Shown in pieces: positions 10,101-18,366 of a DNA stretch of 24,458 bases. The notes under the pieces are model-generated. The model had not been told where the DNA came from and did no database searches. It saw only the letters and a list, made by a program, of their open reading frames with translations. Position 1 is the stretch's first letter, and each line of letters starts with the position of its first letter. The position numbers were made by a program, and so were the translations under genes. The DNA comes from a virus. Its lineage: Duplodnaviria; Caudoviricetes. The stretch covers positions 1 to 24,458 of IMG/VR virus record IMGVR_UViG_3300024261_000149; one strand, given 5' to 3'.

Positions 10101-10647
10101 TTATTGTCTTTTCAAGTTCTTGACCACCTACTAAACCCAAAGAACTCTCTCTTTGGAAAGTTAATGTTTTATATGTATCTATTACGTTAAATGGGTATGG
10201 TACACCCTTGGTGACACCTTTATTAACAAGAAAAAATTGATCACTATTATAAGATGTTGGGTAAAACCCCTTTACCTTTTCACCAAAACCTTCTGGTGTA
10301 GGATAACCCAAGTTCGGTGGTATTGTCAATTCATATGTTCTATAATCATCATTTTGTGGAACAAATCTATTAAGATTAACGTTTTGGGTGGTTCTAAAAA
10401 AGGTTCCAAGTGGAAACATCTTTTCATCTTCATTATAATGAATGGGAATATTTTCAGAAGCGACACCAAGAACTGGTACATTAATAATTTTCCCTATATC
10501 CTGTAATTTAGATACAAGTCCAGATTGTGTTAATGTTTCATTTACAGGAGGTGGTAAATTTCTACCTAGTAGACTATTTCTAAAGTCTTCAGTAGAAAGT
10601 GGACCCGATTGGTAAAATAACCCTTGATGATTTAATATTCCAGCCAT
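7093..10647 (-). CDS. Baseplate/tail tube initiator-like protein (gp48/gp54/P2 gpU-like) with inserted OmpA C-like domain
   Basis: Tube-fold motifs FPPYGLSFDENTSANWTSTEFIGRSEPVYTYNNSKRSGQISFKI and PPVCILRIGDFFHTKVIINSLNITYD..W...PMIANVQLS flank OmpA-like motifs FKFDENSL, ITCEGYA, LSKNRA, IGKG, NRRVDI; follows the tape measure gene. Confidence 0.7.
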   Translation of the reverse strand: MAGILNHQGLFYQSGPLSTEDFRNSLLGRNLPPPVNETLTQSGLVSKLQDIGKIINVPVLGVASENIPIHYNEDEKMFPLGTFFRTTQNVNLNRFVPQNDDYRTYELTIPPNLGYPTPEGFGEKVKGFYPTSYNSDQFFLVNKGVTKGVPYPFNVIDTYKTLTFQRESSLGLVGGQELEKTIINKIAQIEDEANNQSPSTGNITPPIGNDGGVSSYVNRLRGAEQYFNTLPNGAVGWNEYNQKTGQLSGDQKEGVEPTLGTEIRVNTLLTRTSTSQVTFLFNLLNQNTYRPLYKDRRLQGTSDEGTNSSYYIGTEKSTNRGAITPKTFNSSDFNGEIDTSGNQQKTDVNEKFFWKTGGGADFNEKTLLYKTQQLVNNSSTEVFINQTKKYFKDKKEDKLISRGNAISPLALIDAEANGNYCRVWTVNDDYNYLKAIRNTGLFSSSAEQSSGFSVKTGDASLSVLMDNGFPKYHPTKEDGKTTLKKYMLSIENLAWADNLPDLPLSEIGPGDVLSRNKGRIMWFPPYGLSFDENTSANWTSTEFIGRSEPVYTYNNSKRSGQISFKIIVDHPRVINGYRGKQNDAIERFFAGCTSANDFLAAIGKNSDISQTTKDDIDKKLNSIAKQKSTDTVKQKLESKSFKFDENSLKPTEGMDKVIEWVNGKVKPWVQEQILAGNKVKITCEGYAAKKEKQGVIDTGADDPAKSESNTNTEGSTKKLSKNRAKEIADQIEIGTGKKGISFKKIGKGSSASTDDAGDANNRRVDITIENNSKEGPDAEPKKENVDGLSFYPEFANLIDGLIIDETKYFDFIDANYPNYFQTISQKIQYFQPGYHSTSPEGLNTRLTFLNQCMRQGPSINNNTETGVKPQNLAFGRPPVCILRIGDFFHTKVIINSLNITYDDSGIKWDLNPEGIGVQPMIANVQLSVDLIGGHSLVGPIDRLQNAVSFNYYANTQMYDPRADKIDVTKGGTIVDGIKLGEEKAKGGVDPDALTEFLKNEGITDELKDSESGDDDTTNEQGNILVVSDGEDIIISVKEGVPPSEVEIDGKVDKDNLLSYKVSVNGKGIINKTTNESQFPVFKSEWGDGFEYSDKGRTEAQITSGLTAANQTLSNKQAAVSSGTSVTQNIKDIKELEKEIEKLEKELLKDKKQQPTVKVTAFFTKNKKGSKQTVEFTYNGTELIK

Positions 10648-10665
10648 ATATAATAATTCTTATTA

Positions 10666-10674
10666 TATAAATAT
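10666..10674 (-). promoter_or_regulatory. Putative late promoter motif ATATTTATA
   Basis: Exact motif 18 nt upstream of ATG 10647. Confidence 0.55.
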
Positions 10675-10786
10675 TAGATACTAAATTTTCAGGTAATAAA
10701 TTAATACTTTATATACTTATTCAAGTTTTTTTAATTCTTGTTTTTGTTTCTTGTATATTATTTTAAGTATTAATCTGGTCCTTGTA

Positions 10787-10815
10787 ATAATAGGAAATAA
10801 TATTTAATAAGTCAA
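10787..10815 (-). promoter_or_regulatory. Sigma70-like promoter TTGACT-N17-TATTAT
   Basis: 5/6 match at both boxes with 17-nt spacer in a 191-nt intergenic gap; AT-rich background lowers specificity. Confidence 0.5.
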
Positions 10816-10838
10816 TAGTAAAATCGAATTTTTTTTAA

Positions 10839-12899
10839 TTAAGTGTATAAAATATCAGAACCTTTAGATGGTTGAGCTTGAAAAACTGACGAAGGATCCC
10901 CATCACCATTAGCTATCTTTTGATATACTTCAATGATTTTACTAGTTAACTGACTTTCCATGTTGGCGCTTATTGCGGTATTAGAATTAATGTTAACATT
11001 TATGGTTGCCGTACCACTAACTTTCATTTCTGAAGAAGTTCCATTTCCATCTCCTCCACCCATTAACTTTTTAGGGTCACCAGCCGCTATTAAATCCCTA
11101 TCATCTAAAGATATTGACCCAAACTCACCTGATAAAACTCTACCATTTGATCCTGGAAATGAGACTATATCCTTACCTGGAACTTCTTCTGCTGCTGAGT
11201 CATCTTTCACCACCTTTTCTGGTGTATCTTCTTTTTTAATCTTCAAAAACTCACCTATTGATTCCTTTACTGTAGTGACAAATTTTGCTACCTCTTCTGT
11301 TGCACCATTAAAAGTGGTATCCCACTCAGTTTTATCAAATAAATCACCAGGTTTAAATTCTGATGTAAATTTTGATGTCATAGCATCCATACTGAGTTTC
11401 ATAGGACCTAATAAATTCTCTTTCATTTCCTCAGCAGTTATTTCATATAAATCAGTTGTCCCCGCAATGGTTGCCATAGAAGCTTCTTTTGCGCTAACTA
11501 ATTGTTCTGACATTGTTTGGGTATTCATTGCGATACGTTTAAAAAGGTCACTATCTGTTTTACCTTCCACATTCTCATCATCTGCTTTAATTATCTCAGC
11601 AGCTAAATCATCCCCAATCTGATCTAACCCCAGTTCTTCACCCTTATGTTGTATAACAAATTCCCCCCTTTCTGCAGAAAACTTTGCCAAAGAAGCTAAA
11701 CTTTCTTTAGTGTCAGAATCAGTAAGTGATGTGAATTTCATTTTAACGTCTTTTATTTTAGATGACTGACGAGCCATTTCTACCATCTTTTCAGTATTAA
11801 TACCTAATTGTTCACCAGCAGATTTTAATTGCATTCTAACTTCCGCGGGAAATTCATACTCACCAGTCTCATCGTTAAACTGCATCATATTTTCAGTCAT
11901 ATCACCTAATTTCTTAGCTAACTCTTCTGGTTTGTTACGAGCTAAATACATCGTTTCAAAAGGGTCACCAAATGCATCCGCAATATCACCACCCAACATC
12001 TGTAAATTAGCAGCAGCTTCAATAGCCGCTTCGGGTTGGTAGAATTTATCTGCCATTTGTAAAACATCACTAACGTCTAAACGCATTTTAACAGCTTGTT
12101 TAGCCATTTCCGTCATACCCCTAACACCACTAGAAAAAGAATACGATTGTAAAGTACCCATATTATTTGATAAAACTTTTATAACTTTATTAGCGTTTAA
12201 CCCTATTGCTTGTGATTCTTTAAAAACAGTTGCTAAATGCACTCCCATTGTATCAGTAGAAACCCCCATTAAATCAAACTTTTCAGCCATACGTGCTGCA
12301 TCGGCAGCCATCATATTCGTACCCTTACTTATTTCTTCTATATTAACAATATCTTCAGCATCTAATACTTTCATTCTACCAGACTCTTCAGCCATTGTAT
12401 TCATTATATTGGTAACATCTTCCATACTACCACCCATCTGTTCTACCTCTGACAATGAATTTTTAAATGACCTAGTTAGTCTATCACTCATACCTGCAGT
12501 CGCACCCATATCTCTAGAAACGGATAAATATTCTTTTGCAATCTTTTGTGCGTAATTATATTGTGCTGCGGTAGTTTGTAAGAAGTTGGTAAACTCCCTA
12601 TATGTGACATTAACCTCTTGTTGTATTCTCCCTACTACCTTTTCTTGCCTACCTAAAACCTTTAGTTGTTTTTCCTGTAATTTTAATAATTCTTTAGCTT
12701 GCTCCCCAATCTTATCATTTCTTTTTGATAAATCTTTATATTGGGCAATTTTATCCTTTATAGTGGCTTTCTGTTCCTCCCTTTCTTTTAAACTTATTCC
12801 GTTGATATCCGAAAACCATCCTTTAGATTCAGCCCTTAATTCCTTTAATTGTTTAACCTTTTTTCGATACCCATCGTCATCCCAAGGATCTGCTGCCAT
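10839..12899 (-). CDS. Tail tape measure-like protein (686 aa)
   Basis: Ala/Met/Gln-rich, helical and coiled-coil character; lies between tail chaperone and tube initiator/wedge/hub genes, the usual myophage order; size similar to T4 gp29. Confidence 0.7.
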   Translation of the reverse strand: MAADPWDDDGYRKKVKQLKELRAESKGWFSDINGISLKEREEQKATIKDKIAQYKDLSKRNDKIGEQAKELLKLQEKQLKVLGRQEKVVGRIQQEVNVTYREFTNFLQTTAAQYNYAQKIAKEYLSVSRDMGATAGMSDRLTRSFKNSLSEVEQMGGSMEDVTNIMNTMAEESGRMKVLDAEDIVNIEEISKGTNMMAADAARMAEKFDLMGVSTDTMGVHLATVFKESQAIGLNANKVIKVLSNNMGTLQSYSFSSGVRGMTEMAKQAVKMRLDVSDVLQMADKFYQPEAAIEAAANLQMLGGDIADAFGDPFETMYLARNKPEELAKKLGDMTENMMQFNDETGEYEFPAEVRMQLKSAGEQLGINTEKMVEMARQSSKIKDVKMKFTSLTDSDTKESLASLAKFSAERGEFVIQHKGEELGLDQIGDDLAAEIIKADDENVEGKTDSDLFKRIAMNTQTMSEQLVSAKEASMATIAGTTDLYEITAEEMKENLLGPMKLSMDAMTSKFTSEFKPGDLFDKTEWDTTFNGATEEVAKFVTTVKESIGEFLKIKKEDTPEKVVKDDSAAEEVPGKDIVSFPGSNGRVLSGEFGSISLDDRDLIAAGDPKKLMGGGDGNGTSSEMKVSGTATINVNINSNTAISANMESQLTSKIIEVYQKIANGDGDPSSVFQAQPSKGSDILYT

Positions 12900-12902
12900 A
12901 AT

Positions 12903-13991
12903 TTAAGCTTTTAAATTTGTTATTTTACCTTTCCAATTCACAATTGCACACTTAACGTCTTTTGTTGTTTTATCTATCCATTTTATAGTCCCACCATTTT
13001 GAATACCTCTATCAGCGTTCTGAAAAGTCATCAAGCAATGTTTCCCATCAATTAGTAACTCAACAGTTTTACCTTCATTTTTATTGCTAGCTGACATAAC
13101 TTTAAATTTCTCTGTATTCGATAATGATTTACCATGTGTCATACAGTCCACATTGATCCCATCATTTGCTGGTGGAGCTGGATTAGGGTTGAATTCTATA
13201 GTTATCTCTTCATACTGTATTAATTTCTCTGCCACAGAATTACTTTTTTTATTTTTATTTGGATCTCTTTGATTTTTAATTCTAAAATATTTACCCAATA
13301 ACGAACCAAGATCATTCGCTACAGTATCTGCGTCATCTAACATAACCTTAAATTCTCTACACCCCTGGTTAAATTCATCTCTTTTTGTATAGTCAAAAAT
13401 AATTTTTGCATGATTGTTTCTACAATCTCTAGCATAATCATCCGCAATTTTACCTTCATGATCCGAAAGGGTTACAATTTCAGCCTTTATCGCATTTTTA
13501 AATGTTTGATGACATCCTGATATGTTTAAACAGTCCGATGGATCAGATGTATATTTTTTAACAAAGGCGATACAATTACAAATATCGGGATCAACCTTTC
13601 TTTTAAAGGGGTTTTTTAATTTTGTTTGTCCAGTAGTTAATTGATATACTTTATATGCCCCAACCACTGGTGCTGCTAATACCTTACCAGCGTATTTACC
13701 ACCAACTATAACATAACCAACACCCTCAGAGCCTTTTCTTTCCCACTCCTCAAAACTTTTAATTTCATCTGTGGTGAAGACACTCTCCCAAGTCACGTCA
13801 CCACTTATTAAATCTTTACCGAGTTGATCTGACCTGTCACCAATAGTTAACTCTCCCTTATCTTTACTAACGATATCATCATACTTTTTATTTGTTGTGT
13901 TATCATCATCAATTTGTTCAAGTAATAAACTATCTATATAGATGTTAATATCCTCGACTATCTTATTTATATCATTAATATTATTCATCAT
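12903..13991 (-). CDS. Hypothetical protein with putative cleavable leader (LLLE|Q); candidate internal virion protein
   Basis: 362-aa ORF; leader ends SLLLEQ; Gly/hydrophobic stretch GVGYVIVGGKYAGKVLAAPVVGAY; 9 Cys; variant motif ATATTTATT 13 nt upstream. Confidence 0.75.
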   Translation of the reverse strand: MMNNINDINKIVEDINIYIDSLLLEQIDDDNTTNKKYDDIVSKDKGELTIGDRSDQLGKDLISGDVTWESVFTTDEIKSFEEWERKGSEGVGYVIVGGKYAGKVLAAPVVGAYKVYQLTTGQTKLKNPFKRKVDPDICNCIAFVKKYTSDPSDCLNISGCHQTFKNAIKAEIVTLSDHEGKIADDYARDCRNNHAKIIFDYTKRDEFNQGCREFKVMLDDADTVANDLGSLLGKYFRIKNQRDPNKNKKSNSVAEKLIQYEEITIEFNPNPAPPANDGINVDCMTHGKSLSNTEKFKVMSASNKNEGKTVELLIDGKHCLMTFQNADRGIQNGGTIKWIDKTTKDVKCAIVNWKGKITNLKA

Positions 13992-14027
13992 CTAACTTTT
14001 ATTAAATAAATATCAATAAAATATAAA

Positions 14028-14171
14028 TTAGTCACCTTTAGGTAGTAATTGATTTAAAAATATTTTTCTGGAATATGTTGGTATGTTCATAATGTCACCA
14101 TAACTAAACCCACCATGTTTAACTAAATACCCAATTTCTTTATGTAAGTTTGAGAGATAGTTAGAATTCAG
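14028..14171 (-). CDS. gp51-like / GT-type chaperone extension frame, probably reached by frameshift
   Basis: Not in the ORF track. Reads LNSNYLSNLHKEIGYLVKHGGFSYGDIMNIPTYSRKIFLNQLLPKGD*, fitting the gp51-like pattern L..H...S..(D/E)I.N(M/I)P..R..(Y/F)...L; +1 frame relative to the upstream gene; no ATG/GTG/TTG before its core. Confidence 0.7.
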   Translation of the reverse strand: MNSNYLSNLHKEIGYLVKHGGFSYGDIMNIPTYSRKIFLNQLLPKGD

Positions 14172-14943
14172 GAAAGAAAAAATTTTTGCCGAATCTAAGA
14201 AAGCATTTAACGGACCCCTCCCCCTGGATCCGTGCGACCGTATTTAAATCGATTCCTGGTTCATTATCGTCAATATATTTTCTTAATTTTCTAGAATCTA
14301 ATAGTGGAATCTTCTTAAGTATGTTCGATATTTGTATTTTACTCCTATCACCATCTACTTCAGTTACCATACTTTCAAGTCTTAAAACCACTTTATTAGA
14401 AATTTTACTACCTGACCTTTTCATTTGTGCCCTATCTCTTTCGATTACGTCATCCTCATCTTTAGCAGTTAATAATTTAAATTTTATTTTTTTATTAGAT
14501 GTCGGTAGCGTAAAGTCGAACTCATTATTTTCGTCAGGTTTTATGGTTAGTTTTTTTAGTTTTAATTCACTTAAATTAATTTCACCATCTACAAAATCAC
14601 CAACACCCTCATCATAAACAATTTGTTGGTATATCTCACCGATACCTGTTGACCTAAGAAATATTAATAAGGCAACCCTATCCCCCTCTAATAACTCATT
14701 CACCTCAAAACCCAAATCCTTAACTTTAGATTTTAATAAAACATCTATCATTTCGTTAGAATTATTACTTAAATTAGGTGACGTTAAAATAGATTCATCC
14801 ATTGCGGTTAAATATTCTACCTTAACCTTAGATTTCTTATTTTTATATAATAACCCTTGAGATGGTAATTCTACAACATCGTAAGGTGTTTTAAGATCCT
14901 CAGGTATATGGTTAGGATCCATTGTTGACATAATTTCTTCCAT
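14161..14943 (-). CDS. Baseplate hub / tail assembly chaperone (T4 gp26-like)
   Basis: Two copies of the gp26-like motif (PYDVVELPSQG..VKVEYLTAMDESIL and FDFTLPTSNKKIKFKLLTAKDEDDV); ends in NFFFPEF; upstream of tape measure gene. Confidence 0.75.
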   Translation of the reverse strand: MEEIMSTMDPNHIPEDLKTPYDVVELPSQGLLYKNKKSKVKVEYLTAMDESILTSPNLSNNSNEMIDVLLKSKVKDLGFEVNELLEGDRVALLIFLRSTGIGEIYQQIVYDEGVGDFVDGEINLSELKLKKLTIKPDENNEFDFTLPTSNKKIKFKLLTAKDEDDVIERDRAQMKRSGSKISNKVVLRLESMVTEVDGDRSKIQISNILKKIPLLDSRKLRKYIDDNEPGIDLNTVARIQGEGSVKCFLRFGKNFFFPEF

Positions 14944-15004
14944 AAAACTTTTTTAATAAAAATAACATATTATATATAATAATAAATACTAAAAATAATA
15001 TTTT

Positions 15005-17371
15005 TTAATTAGATTCGAAAAATTTATTGAAACACCATGGCATCAAATTAACATATGCGACAAAGTCAGTTATACATTCTTCTTTTGACTTTTCTCCATA
15101 AATATTACCATAAGAACAGAAATAAGGGTAATTTGTCTCAAAATAATTAATATTTTTTTCGTTTATTTTAAAAACAACCTTACCGTTGGAATTTACCCAG
15201 TCAACTTTTGCTGGAATTAAAACTCCTTCTACCTCAGATGGTTCCAGTATTTCTACGAAATCACTTTTATTATTATTCCATGTCAGAAACCAATAGGCTT
15301 GAATTGATCCACAGTCAATTTTTTCGTCACCCTCCAAATCTTCATCTAATTGCCATCCATAATCTTTGTTCGGTTCTTCCAACCCATAAGTCACAGACGG
15401 AAGACTAATAGTTTTGTCTTTACTTATCTCACCTCTTTTAACAGCATCTTCCTCACAAATTGATGCGTACGATTTCTGAATTGTTATTTCATTTTCACTA
15501 CATTTCGCTACTTTTGTTATATCAATGACATTTTCACCACCAGCGTTTATCCATACAACCTCCAGATCTTCTATTTCTTTTTTAACCACATCACACTCAC
15601 TCACACTAAATATTTTGTTGTTATAATTCTTAATATCTTTAAATCCATCAGCAGAGTATATATCTAATTTCCCAATAACCCCTTTACAGTTCTCCCCATT
15701 ATTGATTTCCTCTGTTAACTGTTTTAATTTCTCATAAATAAAAAAATACTTTTTGCAATTACATTTATGTCTTATTCTTTCTCCAATACCGTAATTTTTC
15801 ATTTGATATTTACCCTCAACACCGTCATTATAGTTACCCAAGTCGATTTTAATCATATCTGCTTGCTTCTGAATTTCTTCTTGGGTGTTGTCAAACGTCT
15901 CAATACCTGCAGCAATAGCATTTCCAAGTTTCTCCGAATCCACCCCCCCATACCCAGTAATTTGAGTAAAAATGTCATTCATTATTGTCTGTTCCGAACC
16001 ACTCGTTAATGCATTTTTTGCAATCTCCGATGCTTTTGCCTCACAATCAAAGTTTACTATTTCCTTTACTGTTAAGTTTTCTAAGGCATCTTCAACCGCT
16101 TTTTCCCCTTTTGACTGGATGATCTTTGTCAATGATTCTGAAGTTTTTTTAAAACTTAACGACATTCCACTAATAAGTGTAATCCCCCCTCTAACAGGCC
16201 ATGCCCATGGTATTATAACATCAAAGAAATCGACATTCATCTTTTTCCTTGGGTTAGGATTTAAAGTATCCAACTCCTCAACATGTACCCTAATACAATC
16301 GTCCAATTCATACTCCTTCACAATCGTATAACTATCCTTAACTAAACCTGAATTCTTATCATCATACTCATTATACGTTTCGTTGTTCATTAACATTATA
16401 CATTCATACAACCAAAAAATTCCGGCAATCGTCATTTCAATAGCAGTTATTCCAAGAAATTTCCAAAGTAAACCCCATTTCGCCCCAAGAATACCCCTTT
16501 TAATCACATCAGCATCTGTAACTTGTATACTTTTCTTTTTGTTCGTTTTTTTGTTGAAACTCGAACTTGATTTGTCTGTAGGTATCAATTCATACCCTTT
16601 GGATTTTAATGTTGTCTGAAGCTGTGATGTAGCATCAGCGGATTTCAAAAGCATATAAGTATCATAATCTTTGTGGCTCACTAGAAAATCCCCAGCACCA
16701 AAATTATTATGTCTCACCATTTTTTTCACTGAGTATTTCTTCCCCCGTAAAACGGACATTTTAGTGTTTACAAACTGAGTTATATTTTGTTTAGATAGAT
16801 ATACAAAATTTTCTGAGACAGCTCCTTTAATATCACCCCTATTTATAATTTTACTTCCATCAGACATACCAATATTGATAAGTTTGGGATTATCGTCAAA
16901 GATTTCAGCAACATATTTTTCTTTTTGTTTCAAAGTTAAATTAGTGTCATCTAACCTATTAATTATAGAAGTAACACTATTATTTCCTCTTTTTTGTAAT
17001 ACATCGTCAACACCAGCAATCACTTTAAAATAATTATTCAAACCATCCACCTCAACACTATTTAATTCTACCCCCGACTTCTTTAAATCATTTTTAATAG
17101 AGTTAATACCAATGAGTCCATCAGCACTTCTTGTGTTTAACAATTCACCTATATTTTTAGAAGATATACCATTGTTTAAGTCACCCGTTAAATTTTGTAA
17201 TCTCTGTATTTGTGGTGTTTTGACACTAATATTTTTCAATATATTGAAGAACCCCTTTCCAAACCCCTCTGTCAATAATTGTTTATTTTTTAATTCTATG
17301 GATTCATCATAAGAATATCTATTAGACATTCTTTCTAATAGTAAATTAAATTGATTTCTATTGTATTTCAT
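15005..17371 (-). CDS. Hypothetical membrane-anchored protein with putative cleavable leader (LLTE|G)
   Basis: 788-aa ORF; hydrophobic segment WGLLWKFLGITAIEMTIAGIFWLY after a Lys-rich stretch; Cys-rich C-terminal part. Confidence 0.75.
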   Translation of the reverse strand: MKYNRNQFNLLLERMSNRYSYDESIELKNKQLLTEGFGKGFFNILKNISVKTPQIQRLQNLTGDLNNGISSKNIGELLNTRSADGLIGINSIKNDLKKSGVELNSVEVDGLNNYFKVIAGVDDVLQKRGNNSVTSIINRLDDTNLTLKQKEKYVAEIFDDNPKLINIGMSDGSKIINRGDIKGAVSENFVYLSKQNITQFVNTKMSVLRGKKYSVKKMVRHNNFGAGDFLVSHKDYDTYMLLKSADATSQLQTTLKSKGYELIPTDKSSSSFNKKTNKKKSIQVTDADVIKRGILGAKWGLLWKFLGITAIEMTIAGIFWLYECIMLMNNETYNEYDDKNSGLVKDSYTIVKEYELDDCIRVHVEELDTLNPNPRKKMNVDFFDVIIPWAWPVRGGITLISGMSLSFKKTSESLTKIIQSKGEKAVEDALENLTVKEIVNFDCEAKASEIAKNALTSGSEQTIMNDIFTQITGYGGVDSEKLGNAIAAGIETFDNTQEEIQKQADMIKIDLGNYNDGVEGKYQMKNYGIGERIRHKCNCKKYFFIYEKLKQLTEEINNGENCKGVIGKLDIYSADGFKDIKNYNNKIFSVSECDVVKKEIEDLEVVWINAGGENVIDITKVAKCSENEITIQKSYASICEEDAVKRGEISKDKTISLPSVTYGLEEPNKDYGWQLDEDLEGDEKIDCGSIQAYWFLTWNNNKSDFVEILEPSEVEGVLIPAKVDWVNSNGKVVFKINEKNINYFETNYPYFCSYGNIYGEKSKEECITDFVAYVNLMPWCFNKFFESN

Positions 17372-17374
17372 ATT

Positions 17375-17461
17375 TTAAATTTTACTTAATAAATTATCTA
17401 ATGACTCTAAATCTACCATGTTTACTAATATTAAATGTAATTGGTTTATATTATATTTCAT
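17375..17461 (-). pseudogene. 28-aa mini-ORF, decayed duplicate of the 788-aa gene leader
   Basis: MKYNINQLHLILVNMVDLESLDNLLSKI*; 17417-17468 matches 17327-17378 at 43/52 nt. Confidence 0.7.
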
Positions 17462-17468
17462 ATTTTAA

Positions 17469-18341
17469 TTATTTGAATACCTTTAACATATCATCTAAGC
17501 TTCCGTACCCTATCATCTTCGCCCCATTATTGTCAGTCACCAATTGATCTGTAGAGAGACCAGTGGACCATTTCCTACTGCTGTGAGGATCAGACATGTC
17601 AGATAGGGGGTTATATCCCGTAGGATTATTGATACTATCAGTTAACATCGTATCTAAACTCTTGGTTTTGATAAACCCTTGTTTATAATACCCAGCAACA
17701 CTAATATCATTGTACATATCATTATCAAAATCATACTTAAATTTATATTTCACATATTTTATTATTGTGCTATGATTAATCAATTCATTAGATCCTGCAA
17801 CTGTTAATAACGCAGTAGAAGGATCTCCAATTGTTCGCGTCAATTTTTCGACACTATTTAAATTAATTTCGTATGGTAATTTTAAATAAAAACCACCATC
17901 CCCGTCATCCCAAAAATTTATTCTTTCTACTGCGGTAGTACCAAGCGCAGTAATAAGATTCAAATACTTAACATAGTAAAAACATATACCCCCATTTGAC
18001 GAAAAATTACTCATAATTTTTCCATTTTTTACTATGGACCCACCATCATAACTTTTAACCCTATCATAAATCTTCTTCATGTTTGGTTTTTCGTAACATA
18101 TATTTTGCACATTTTTTTCAACTCCACCACCCTTTTTAATAAAATAGTCCTGTGATTTTAAAAACGCGGACGCTTCTTCAGGATTAATATCACTACCTGA
18201 AGCAGTAAATTCAACACCATCTATTACACCATCATTATTGGTGTCAGGATTACCCTGCTCATTTATTATATTCCCATATAACCTTTCTTCTGTAAAAAGT
18301 TTTTTAATCCTTTCTACCTCTTCTTTTAATCTATTTTTCAT
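17469..18341 (-). CDS. Hypothetical protein with conserved leader (IINE|Q) and EF-hand-like loop
   Basis: 290-aa ORF; leader homologous to that of the 564-aa gene; DTNNDGVIDGVEF loop. Confidence 0.8.
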   Translation of the reverse strand: MKNRLKEEVERIKKLFTEERLYGNIINEQGNPDTNNDGVIDGVEFTASGSDINPEEASAFLKSQDYFIKKGGGVEKNVQNICYEKPNMKKIYDRVKSYDGGSIVKNGKIMSNFSSNGGICFYYVKYLNLITALGTTAVERINFWDDGDGGFYLKLPYEINLNSVEKLTRTIGDPSTALLTVAGSNELINHSTIIKYVKYKFKYDFDNDMYNDISVAGYYKQGFIKTKSLDTMLTDSINNPTGYNPLSDMSDPHSSRKWSTGLSTDQLVTDNNGAKMIGYGSLDDMLKVFK

Positions 18342-18366
18342 ATCATTTTTAATTATCTTAATTATT

